Of a stretch of DNA of 64,000 nucleotides, positions 1 through 11,238 are shown piece by piece. The DNA is from Paraspadella gotoi (taxonomy: Eukaryota; Animalia; Chaetognatha). The notes under the pieces were generated by a model. The model saw nothing but the letters and a program-made list of their open reading frames with translations, ran no database searches and was not told the DNA's origin. The stretch spans positions 5,255,210 to 5,319,209 of the forward strand of contig CM119266.1 in the NCBI GenBank assembly GCA_051294375.1, given 5' to 3'. A program made the translations under genes and the position numbers. Position 1 is the first letter of the stretch. Every line of letters begins with the position of its first letter.

Positions 1-1799
1 AATGACTTATGATATTAGAATTACAAAATAATTTTATCTATATTTGAACTTGTTTATTGTAATAGACCATCATCATCAACAGCAAAGATTTTCAAAAAGA
101 TTTTTCAAAAGAGCAATCTTTTGCCAATATTAGAGTTACCCAAATTTTTAATTAAACCAGATGAAGGGTCACGACTCATTTTATTAGGTTTTTTTTTGTC
201 TGTAGAAGACGTTGGGACTGTTAAACCTGAAAAAACTTGACCGGAAAGGAACTCTCCAGAGTTTCTAAGTGATGGAGTACTTTTGCGGTTTTTCTTTGAT
301 CGTAATCTTTCGTATGAAATTAATTTAAAGGATTTCTTAAATAAAATAATGATTAAATCTATACTTGATTAATTTTGAAATATTTTTCGATGTAGACTTT
401 ATATTTTTTATTAAACCTTTTATTTTTAATACATTTTATTAATAATATAATATTATATAAAAATATAAAGATGATCATTAGTTCAGATTCAAATCTAAAA
501 CAGTATTTTATAAAAAAAATTTTGAATCTACTTTATCGTGCCTTTTATTAGATAGCTAGACTGCATATATTATTGATAAAGTAATGAAATAATTTTTGCT
601 TTATGAATATGTATCAAACATAATAAACTAAGGGGAAAAAAATTATATTTCATTATTATTGTATTAGTATAGATTTATAAATGGCCAAAATAAATAAGAA
701 GTATATGTAAAAATTTATGCTGGAAATAGTTATGTAAACAAAACTTTTCTTCCTTCTGTTTAGATATTTTGACTCTTTGGTGGAGAATTTAGTGATGACC
801 CTGAATGAGAGTGGTGTTGTTCGTAAGAAAGTAAATTAGGATCCGGTAGAAGGCTTGCTGCATGGTCTAACTGATGCATTATTTTTTATTTTACTACAAG
901 TCTAAACTAGTGTTAAACTTATAATAAAACTTACTAACTACAGTACAGTTTATTATGCTATAATTTAAACAGAATGATCGATTAGTTCAGAACAAGAATT
1001 CAGAGAAACAAAGTATCTTGTCCAAATTTCAACTTTTACACTGTATTTTACTGTATCATTCTTGGCCGAATTATATTTTGCATGTATTTGTCCAGCATAA
1101 CTGTCAGGAAGGGATTTATTTATTTAGCTGATTACCCCTTAATTATTGTGGGCAGATCCGACATTGTTTGCTCAAACTTGTTTTCTTTTATTTGATCGTT
1201 TGCTCAAACTTGTTTTCTTTTATTTGATTATTAATTGGCTGGCGTTATTTTCATTCTTATTTGATTTCTTTCTATCTTTATTTTTTATCTTCTGTTTCTT
1301 TTTTCTTTTTTCTGCTACGAATTTGACCTTACAGAGAACATAGATACCGTCTCATCTGGCAGAAAGGAGAAGAAAAGATATTCGAAATCCCGGAGGAACT
1401 TCAAGGCGCTTACTCAAAATACTATTTCGATATATATTTGGTAAACTCCTACGAATAAAACAAATAATTTTTAGTATTGTTATTGAGATAAGAATATAAT
1501 ATGGTACCAATTATTTCAGGATATAGATTATCGGTTTAACAAGCATCACCGGATCAGCATAGCCCGCATCAAAATGTGGACATACGACTGAAAAGGGTTG
1601 TCTCGTCATCAGAATAAAGCCTACGGACCTGTGGCAACAGACCCCTCAAATCATAAAAATTTTTGAAAAATTTGCTCACCTAAAAAATTTTAGCATTCTA
1701 TTTAAAATTTGGACAATATTAGTATTATTGTTTTTGTTTTTTTACTTATTATTTACTTTTTTACTTTTATTATCAAGAAATGATTTGAGATATTGACTC

Positions 1800-2010
1800 T
1801 TATAATTGGAGTGGCTCACCTTCTATCTTTATACTTAACAAAAATAAACGATTGAGAGAGACTGAAGTCTCTGAAATTCGGTGCTGAATTAAAAATAAAA
1901 TCATGTTACCTTTAAATTTATTTCGTTTTATTTTCCTATTTTCGGCATGTGAGGACCAAATGAATTTCTTATCAATAATTAGCAGATGCATTGTCTTCCA
2001 TGAATCATTT
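1800..2010 (-). pseudogene. Possible degenerate non-LTR reverse transcriptase fragment
   Basis: Minus-strand translation contains LIIDKKFIWSSH (resembles the LGxxIDxKLxWxxH motif of Jockey/L2/CR1-type RTs) and IKIEGEPLQ. The motif order is scrambled and there is no long ORF. Confidence 0.3.
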
Positions 2011-2319
2011 CAAGAGAATCTAGAAATTCCTATTAGAGATGAATTTAAATTTTGATTTTGAATAAATAGATCACCCCAATCAATATGACTTATTCGAGTG
2101 CCTAACAAAAATAAAAAAACACAATACTTAAAAATATATATTATCATTTAACAATATAAGGAGAGAGGAAAAATGGAAGTCTCTGGATAAATTTCACTGC
2201 TCTGGACCAATACGAAAAATACTCTTAGCATCGACATTGATATTTTTGGTCTTATTTTCCCAGAACTCCCTATTTTATCATAAATTCGAAATTTTGACAA
2301 TTTTTTAAATTAAAGATTA

Positions 2320-2630
2320 TGTTAAAGGTTAGGATATAGATTAGTGATTAAGGCGAGGGATTTAGTTACTGATTTGTATTAGTGACTAGGGTTTAGGATG
2401 AGTGTTTAGAATTAGGTTAGGGTTAGGGATTATGATTGGGGTTCTGAATTAGCTTAAGGTTAAGGTTAAGGTAAGGGTTCTGAATTAGGTTAGGGTTAAG
2501 GTTAAGGTTCTGAATTAGCTTAGGGTTAAGGTTAAGGTTCTGAATTAGGTTAGGGTTGGGGATTATTGTTAGGGTTCTGAAGTAGGTTAGGGTTAGGGAT
2601 TATGGTTAGGGATTAGGTTTAGTGTTTGAT
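2320..2630 (+). repeat. Degenerate TTAGGG/TTAAGG-rich tandem array (30-36 bp higher-order unit ggttctgaattaggttagggtt...), mirrored at ~15465-15750
   Basis: Repeated ttagggttagggattatg and ggttctgaattag units are visible directly. Confidence 0.85.
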
Positions 2631-2725
2631 TTATATTTTTAAAAATATATATATAATAGTCACATAGTATTTTTTTGGTGCATAGTTTCCAACCTTTTCT
2701 TCCATGTAATTTTTTTTCTTGTTAA

Positions 2726-3620
2726 GGCCTGGGATCATTCAAACAAGAATTGCATAAAGCTTTGTAGAATCTGTTATTATGCCAAAGAAAGTGTATTCTC
2801 TTCACGTTTCAAAAAAAAAACTCTAAATTTGATTAAGGTTCAGCTTCATGAGGCAACTAAAAATCGGGCAATTTTTTTAATCAGTAAACCTTAAAAATTT
2901 CATCCAACACGGTAAAGTCATTTTTAAATGCAATTTTTTAAATTTTTTTTCAATTAACAGCACCTACCTCAGTGTAATACTAGAAACTAAAACCAGGTCA
3001 TTCCAATTATGTTATACAATTAATTAATGATAAAAACATAAACGTTTATGTAGAGAGAGAGCAGAACGCCTATATAAGGATGTCTATTATCATTTTATTA
3101 CAAAAAAAAATGATTAAAAATTGTAAAATTGTAAAATTCAAAGACATTCGTCTACTGGCATCTGAAGTTATAACAGAGAAGAGATAACAACCCTCAATGG
3201 TGCCATAGACTGCCACAGATTCCACAGACGGACCAGCCTCATGCTCTGCTTTTGACATTTAGTTTCTGTTCCCCAGGTTCAAAACTGGCGTTAAAGCTTG
3301 ACCGAAGACTGAGAAAGAAATAAATAAACTCTTTGCAGCATTCCTCCTTGTTTACTGACTGCTTTCCCCAGCCACAGCCGTTTGTAAATTTTAATTTACA
3401 ATTTTAATTAAATTTACTTGAGGACAAGGGTCCCAATTCTATGAGAGAGATTTTTCAAATTCACTTATCTTCATAAGAAAAAAAAAGAATAATAACATTT
3501 TGGCATTAAATTCTAAATATCTTGAAAACTAGTAACATTTTCCAAAATCCTTCTCATAGAATTTCTACCACCTTTCCATTCTTATAAAAAAATAATTTTA
3601 GTTTATTTTGGGTATGAGCA
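2726..3620 (+). mobile_element. Partial copy of the Kolobok-like element family (left TIR only)
   Basis: TTAA (2722-2725) is followed by ggcctgggatcattcaaacaag, identical to the left end at 57822. Colinear similarity continues to ~3390. Segment ~3410-3610 matches ~58690-58890 in inverted orientation. No right TIR found. Confidence 0.8.
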
Positions 3621-4959
3621 TCATTTCTAAACCATTAAGTATTTTTCAATGAATTGGGCACCAATCGATAGGAAATTCTGAATATTATCTGCATGCAAAA
3701 TTATATCAAAATGGGATAATCCGTTCGAAAGTTATGACAAAAAAACGATCGCGAAAATCGGGCTTCAAACCGATCAACTTTCGCTTAAAATTTACTCATT
3801 TTGATCCAACAAGGATTTGTACTATGCGTAGTTCTAGCTTTAGATCCGGGCGATTCGGATTAGGCGCGATCCGGGCCTCATAAGAGGTAATTAAATAAGC
3901 AAAGCCAGGAAAATATAGAATTCTAATGAGTATAAAGTTATAAAAAGTACTATAATTATGATAGAATATAAAAGAGAAAAGATAAGAGAACAAAAGATAG
4001 GGACCAGAAGTGTTTGGTGAGATTTTTATTTCTCTATTTCCCAAAAAACATAGGGAATTCGAAACAAAAAAGAAGAATTTTAAAAAAATTACTGTATAAA
4101 AGATATTGAAGATGAGAACTCAATCTTTGATATACAAACGTACAAACATAATTTTAACTGTAAAAGCAAAAAAGTAATATTTTAAATTACAATATTTTAG
4201 TAATATTTTAAAGTTTACATTTGTTTGTACCACAGTATGAAGAAAACAAAATTTCGGGTAAAACCTGAAAGTAACATATGGTGCTGAAAGCCTTTGCTTA
4301 ACCTTTATCACCATCTTTTAAACCATGAAAATGAGTCCCCCGATGTCCGGCCAATAATAGTCGATAATTTTTTTTACAAAAGTTTTTTATCTGTGTATCA
4401 TTAGGAAAAATTTATGTATGAGTATAAAATTTGTGTATTCTCTTCCTATTATGTTAAGAATCTATACATGTTTTCTAGACTCCTGGTATATTCTATAGTT
4501 TAGATTGATTTGTCTCATACTTTCATTTATTGTTTAATTAAATATCTTTATATTGATAAAATTTTTTCCAATTTTAACATGAAATACAGATACATTTATC
4601 GCAACATTTAACGAAAATTTAAAAGAAAATTGATTAAGTGGTGGGTATGGGACGAACGTAAATTTTTTTTTTATTCCTCAATTTAACTCTTTTTCAACGT
4701 TATTCATTGATTTTTTCAAGTTGCAAGAATAAAACGAAAAAAAATCTGCGGAGATTGTTATAGAAATAAAGGCAGAGGAAAGGGAGGAGAGGAGATCAAA
4801 GGTTGCGTGGCGTAGCGCCATTTATGTAATGATAACCAAATGATTGATGCGATGATAGTCATTTATAGATGTGATGATAATCATTCATTGATACGATGAG
4901 ATCATTCATTGACGCGATGAATCATTCATAGTAAATAAAACAAACAAATGCGTGTTATG

Positions 4960-4984
4960 AGTGAAAGAGAGAGAGAATGAGAAT

Positions 4985-5064
<80 letters not shown>

Positions 5065-5430
5065 AAGAGATAAATCAACGACAATCTCTGGATGTAAATT
5101 TGGGATTTTGTCTTCCTCTTCGATGTCACTTTCGTCGTAATTTTCGTTGTAATCTTTGTCATCGTCATTTCGTCGTCGTCAATTTGTCGTCATCATTTTC
5201 GTTGATGCCTTCGTCGTCGTCGTCTTTCTGTCTTCTTCGTCGTTTTCTTCATCGTCGGTTTTGACGTTGCCGTCATTTTCGTCGTTGTCTTCGTCGTCGC
5301 CTTCTTTGTCGTCTTCCTCGTCGTCCTCTTCATCGTCGTTTTCGTCGTCGTCTTCGTCGTCATTTTCGTCGTCATCTTCGTCGTCATCTATGCCGTCGTT
5401 TTAATCGTTTTCTTCCTTGTTGTTGTTGTC
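4960..5430. repeat. (GA)n microsatellite followed by a TCG/TCT-rich low-complexity tract
   Basis: Directly visible. It accounts for the spurious poly-RE/S/T ORFs here and in the mirror at ~12180-12690. Confidence 0.9.
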
Positions 5431-8040
5431 GGTTTTCTTCTACCAATCAATCAATCAATCAGAAACTTACGTAGAAGCCATTTGCAGATTTGCAGATTTA
5501 CAGTTAGGAACACTTTTAAACTGATTCACTGATTCACACAAGAAAAAAAAGAGAGAGGGAGGGAGAGAGACAGAGAGACCAAAGTTTCCAATAAAGAATT
5601 GAGAAAGGACAGTGTTTAGAGGTGAGGTCAGGGTAAGTTCAAGACAGATTTTAATAAGATTTTGAAGAGAAACGAAATTTGGTAAAAGAGAGTAAAAGAG
5701 AGAAAAAGAGAGAATAATGGATAATAAATTTAAATTAATTGATTAAAAAAATTATTAAAAAAAACTTCTGGAAGGCCTCTGGAACGTATTGATTTCCAGG
5801 AATGCCAAATCTAACTATAACAGGCCGAGAACGGTTCCCAAACTTTAAACGTAGGGTAAAGCAATATTTTAATTTCGTTTTTATCTAGCCCGGATAGCGC
5901 ATGAACAATGCTTATTTTTAATTGAAGTCCTCATTGAATGCGGTTCTTTTGGGCAAACCTCGAAAGAACGTAACTTGATTTTCGTTCGGAAAATCGGCCA
6001 AGGAGCACGACCTCCTTGCGACGAGCCATAGTCAATGCTTTCCCTCAATTATCCATGTTCCGCGCGGGAACGGCGTCAGACGGGTCGCGGTCATTGTTTT
6101 GGGGGATCCGGAACGCGGGCCGAGTCATGACGCCGCAGCGCGGCGGGTCTAAAAGGTTCGTCTGTCGCGAAACCAAAACAACATGGTCCTTGAATCCGCA
6201 AAAAATTGGCCATTCGCCAGACATTTTTCCGAAAGATAGTTGTATCGTCAGTGTATGTGTCGAAGCAAACTGACAGAACAAATGATAATTAGAAGATTGA
6301 AAATTTTTTTTTTCTTCAATCCAAAATTTAAATTTAAAATAAGAGGAAAATACAAGAACACGAAGCGGATGCTCTTTTGTTATGTTGATTTTTTCCCGAA
6401 AATATATTTACCCGTAATTCAGTCGGCGCAGATTTCGCGACAGATAGGGCGGCGCTAAAAAACGGTTCCAAACTCAATAAGACAAATGAATCAACGCGGC
6501 AGATTATTGAACGATAGAAAATAAAATTTGAAATAACTCCGAATTTATCAAATTAGACGAAAATTCGGTATGATGAAAAAAAAAATGACATATAATTTAA
6601 ATCCACGTACACAGACGACATTTATCCGCGAAAATAGTAAAATCTCGATTATTGTTTATTTGTTTATTTGGCCGAGTAATCCACTGTAGGTCGCGTAATC
6701 CGGCAAGTAGAAAAATAATAATCCAAATTTCCGGACGATTGAATAGGGCGATATTGAGAACCAAAAATTAACTATCGTAAAATTAAAAGTCATTTATTTT
6801 AATAAAATACCAATAGTCCGCTCGTAACTCACACAAACGGACTATCTAAATTGTCATGGAAAAACCTAAGAAAGAAAACAGAGACGCGGTCACCATCTTA
6901 TATGTATTGACACCGCCAATCTAATGTGTTTTCTAATCCTCTATTTCAAAGATGAGAAAGCCATATTCTAAATTTTTAACTTAACTATGATCCACACAAC
7001 TATTTGTAAAACTTTATGCATAATTCATAATAATTTTATTTAAAAAAGAAACGTTAAGTCCGAACCAAACTCTATAAAAAAGCGTAGTAGTTTTATAATA
7101 TAAAATGCGTGAGCGCCGACGACGACGATGACGACGCACACGACGAGCGGTCACAAAGAAGCTACTCCGAACATATCGAGCCTGAACTCGGTTTTTTTTG
7201 CGCTCGCCGTCATGCTCGATAATTTAAATCGGCTGCGCATCGTTCGAATGCGAATTTCCGATCAAGATTCATTTATATTTCACTATTATATTCAAAACTG
7301 GGCATAGTCAAGGGCCCCAATGCCAAATTATATCCAAATATGGCAGATTATTAAAAGTGTGGCGTCTTGGTGAATGCCTAACGGAGGTAGAGCGCGATTA
7401 CGGAAATTCCCCATTTTATTATCATGTGCCGCAAAATGGGATTTAAATGAACTGGTCAGCCGCCGTTTTTTCCGTTTTTCAAAAACGTGCTGATTTTGGT
7501 AAATTAGAACAATCATGAGCATATCAGTTACGTGTTTCGGAATAGCTTATGGTCTTCTCTACAAGATGAAAAAGAAAGAAAATATTAAAAATCTTGGCAA
7601 TCTCAATTGACTTGATCAGCATCAATGAACTGTTTTTGTAGGTGAATAGTAGGGCCGGAAAAAAAACATGAGGTTTTGAAAAAACGCCCTAGAAAGTTTT
7701 CTATCAATAAACAATAATGGTTAAGAGTGACTGTTAGAGAATATGAAAATAAAGAATTATATTATATTAAAAAGCGAGACCTTAAGTTATTTTAATTAAG
7801 CGCATGAAGCTAATTAAAGAGTATTGAAAGACAGATTTTTGAATTTTTTCAATTTTTCTTTTGACTATAATTCTGATAGAGCTTTAAAAGTTAGATAAAT
7901 GTTATTAAAACAAATTGTTAAAAATTTTTTTGGTTTTATTGATATGATGCGATAACACCTTTCGTTTTCCGTTGTTATTAGGGGAATTTAGAGAAAAACA
8001 AAGTTTTTAATTTGTGGTACAACGAAATTTAAATGTGGAA

Positions 8041-8088
8041 TACGGTACATGGATGTTCGGCTCACATTTCGAGCCTTCATCAGGTTTT
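8041..8088 (-). ncRNA. Penelope-type minimal hammerhead ribozyme motif, copy 1 (noisy)
   Basis: Minus strand reads CTGATGA-A-GGCTC-gaaatgt-GAGCC-GAA.CATcCATG. It has the core CUGAUGA and a 5-bp helix II. The GAAA/helix III part is corrupted in this copy. Confidence 0.5.
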
Positions 8089-10033
8089 ATTGATAAAAAT
8101 TTAAAAAAACCATAAAATTCAAGTACCAAATGATGATAATGATGATGCATTTTTTATCGTTTTTTAAATTTTTTAACAATTTCTTGTCAAAATTAAAAAA
8201 AATTGTAGGTACTAAACGTTTCATTTAACTTTTCAAGGCCTGTAAGAATCCGTTCTAAAAAATAAATTTTAAATTTTTTTTTTTATTGTTATATAGTTGT
8301 GAAATGAGTTTAAAAGCTTCAGTGCAACAACCCAATGAACTAATTCAAAAAGTTGCATTGAAATCGATTTAGTAATAGAAGGAATAAAAGAATGATTTTT
8401 TGAGAGAATTAGAAGTTAATAAAAAGTGGTTTCAATTTTGGCGCCGCCTTACTTGCATAGTCAAGCCTTCATTTTTTTTATTGATCTAAAACCATCGAAA
8501 GAAAACTGTATTGTTTTAAAAACTATCTGTTTCAGGTAGATGCGCGGAGGTTAATTTAGAGCGGTTTATATTGAAATTTTGACCAATAGAAAGGAAGGCA
8601 GTTTTTTGCACGCTAAACAGCCTTTGTTAAAGCGCGTTCCGGTCTGGTCATTTGAAATCGGTGATTAATATCNNNNNNNNNNNNNNNNNNNNNNNNNCTG
8701 TGAAGCGGCCGATTTTTTAAAACCCGAAACCCGGGAGCGATAGAAAAATTGAGAATAAAGGGATGAACCCGGAAGCGGATAATAACCCTGCGCGTGTTCG
8801 CTTCCTGATTCACTTTGTTTTTATGTGTGTAGAAATGAAAGGTATTAATGTATTAAAATGCTTTGGCAACCCCCTGCTCTTTTCTCTTGATCTATTTTCT
8901 TTAAAAATTTATTTTAATATTTATCTTTCAACATTTAAAATTGTTTGCTCCTAATTTTTTTTAATTCACTTTTTCTTACTTCTGCTTCTTTTATTTTTTT
9001 GTTTTTCTTTATTCTCTTTTCCTCTATTGGTCATATAGAGAATCTATGAAAAAATTACATATTTATTTTTTCTATAATAGAAAAATAATGCAGAAGGGCT
9101 ATTTCAAAGATGAGAAGCCATATTCTAAATTTTTAACTTACTATGATCAACAACTATTTGTTAAAACTTTATGCATAATTCATAATAATTTTTATTTAAA
9201 AAAAAAACGGTTAAGTCCGAACCAAAATCTATAAAAAGCGTAGTAGTTTTATATATAAAAAATGCGTGGCGACGACACGAGACGACGAATCGACGACGTC
9301 ACAACAGAAGCTGACCCGAACATATCGAGCCTGAACCTGGTTTTGTGCTTCGCACGGTCATGGCTCGATAATTTAAAATCGGGCTGGCGCATCGTTCGAA
9401 TGCGAAGTTTCCGATCAAGATTCATTTATATTTCACTTATATTACAAAACTGGGCATAGTCGAATAGGCCGCCAAGCAAAATTATATCAAATGGGCAGAT
9501 TTTAAAAAGTGTGGCGTCTTGGTGAAGCCAACGGAGGTAGAGGGGGTCTGATCGGAAATTCCATTTATATTCTTGCCGCAAAAATTGGATTTAAATGAAC
9601 TGGTCAGGCCGTTTTTTCGCCTTTTTCCAAAACACCTGGCTAGATCTTTTGTAAATTAGAACAAATTATAGGCATATCAGTCAGCGTTTTGGAATAGCCT
9701 TATGGTCTTCTCTACAAGATGGATAAAAAAGAAAATATTTAAAAAATCTTGGCAATCTCAATTGCTTGTCAGGCAATCAAATGAACTATGTTTTTTAGGT
9801 GAAATAGTGGCCGGAAAAAACTAGGTTTTGAAAAACCCCTAGAAAGTTCTCTTCAAATAAAATAATGGTAAAGTGACTGTTAGAGAATATGAAAATTAAA
9901 AAATAATTTATAAAAATTAATTTCATTAATAAGGCGCACGGAAGGCCTTAAAGATTATTTTATTACTATATAAATAAAAAAACAATTTTTGAATTTTTCA
10001 ATTTTTTTTGACTATAATCTGATAGAGCTTTAA

Positions 10034-11046
10034 GGCCAGGATCACCAACCTAAAAATTTAGAAATCTTAATTTACTGTAACTTAACATTTTCTCATGATC
10101 ATGTAAGAGGTTTATCTATATAAAAATGTATTCGAAAAACACTCTTTTAAAAATCTACTAAACATGTTGCATCAAAAATTTAAACAAAATTTTTCTCTCG
10201 GTTAAAACTAGATTTTCAGAGAAAAATTTTTTTTTATGATGTAGCTTAAATTTCTAACAACTAAATTTTTAACTTAAAAGCTGATTTCCTTTTACAGTAG
10301 CTGCAATTTCTACTTCTGTATATTTAAATTCTATCCCTTTGGTACAAGTACATTACAATGGGGTTGTATCACTTAATAAGTATAAAACTAAAACTACTAT
10401 CTTCACATTTTCCAGACGGTTTTTTATACTTTCATGAGTTTTAATGAGTTAAAAAACTTATCGAATTTATTTGCAATTTGACTTTCTTACTTTATGTAAA
10501 GTGTTTAATCGTGTAGTTTAATAGTCATAGAATTTAACTTCTTGACGGAAGTGAAGTTAAAAACGAAGAGTTGCAAGCTTCAAACCCGTTTGACTCTCTT
10601 GAAGAAAAAATATCATTGCGGCTAAAGAAACGGAAAGGTGGGGAGATTCTATGAGCGCGTTTTTGAAAAAAATGTTTTCGTTGTCAAAGATATCAACGGA
10701 ATTAATCCCGAAAAATGGATTAAAAATATCAAATTTTTATATAAGGAAGGCAAGTATTTTGGAAAATACCTGTTTCATAGAAAAGTTGGAGTTAGTGAGC
10801 CGTAAAAGTAATTGCATGCCAATATTTCATGAGCAGACCGCCTTACCGCGTGTTTGGGCTGCAACGTCTTCAAATAAGGGTTTCTCTTTATTTTATATAT
10901 ACAAAAAAAAAAAAACCGAATGAACGCCCTTTGAAAAAAGTAGTAAAGTGAATACATTTTCCGGATATCGTTCAGGCAGCATCTCCTTTCGAAATCCGAG
11001 CTCGGTTTAGGCTAATTATGAATTTGAATTGAGTGATCGCGGCAGC
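10034..11046 (+). mobile_element. Non-autonomous TTAA-inserting DNA transposon (Kolobok-like), ~1.0 kb
   Basis: Flanked by TTAA (10030-10033 and 11047-11050). Ends ggccaggatcac / gtgatcgcggcagc are degenerate TIRs. The last ~200 bp resemble 58910-59110. The empty site gatagagctTTAAaagttagat is at 7876-7896. Confidence 0.85.
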
Positions 11047-11196
11047 TTAAAAAGTTAGATAAATGTTATTAATACAAATTTTAAAAATTTTTTGGTTTTA
11101 TTTGATATGATGCGATAAACTTTCGTTTTCGTTGTTATTAGGAATTTAGAGAAAAACAAAGTTTTTAATTGTGGTAGCAACGAATTTAATTGGAGA

Positions 11197-11238
11197 TACG
11201 GACATGTTTCGGCTCACATTTCGAGCCTTCATCACGTT
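11197..11238 (-). ncRNA. Penelope-type minimal hammerhead ribozyme motif, copy 2
   Basis: Minus strand reads acg-TGATGA-A-GGCTC-gaaatgt-GAGCC-GAAA-CATG-TC-cgt. It has helix II, GAAA, a palindromic CATG mini-helix III, a GUC cleavage triplet and an acg/cgt helix I. The first C of CUGAUGA is missing here but present in copy 1. Confidence 0.55.

Noticed and set aside
160-1660. Exon-like patches with plausible splice sites (~207-290, ~764-880, ~1335-1440, ~1520-1650)
   Set aside because: Stops and frameshifts in both mirrored copies and no recognisable family. Possibly a decayed gene or TE, but not supportable.
4926-5404. ORFs rich in RE/SL/S/T repeats (also 12183-12598, 25787-26275, 27516-28322, 46404-47829, 49018-49233)
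   Set aside because: Translations of GA, TCG, CCTT and TTG simple repeats, open in several frames on both strands, with no domain.
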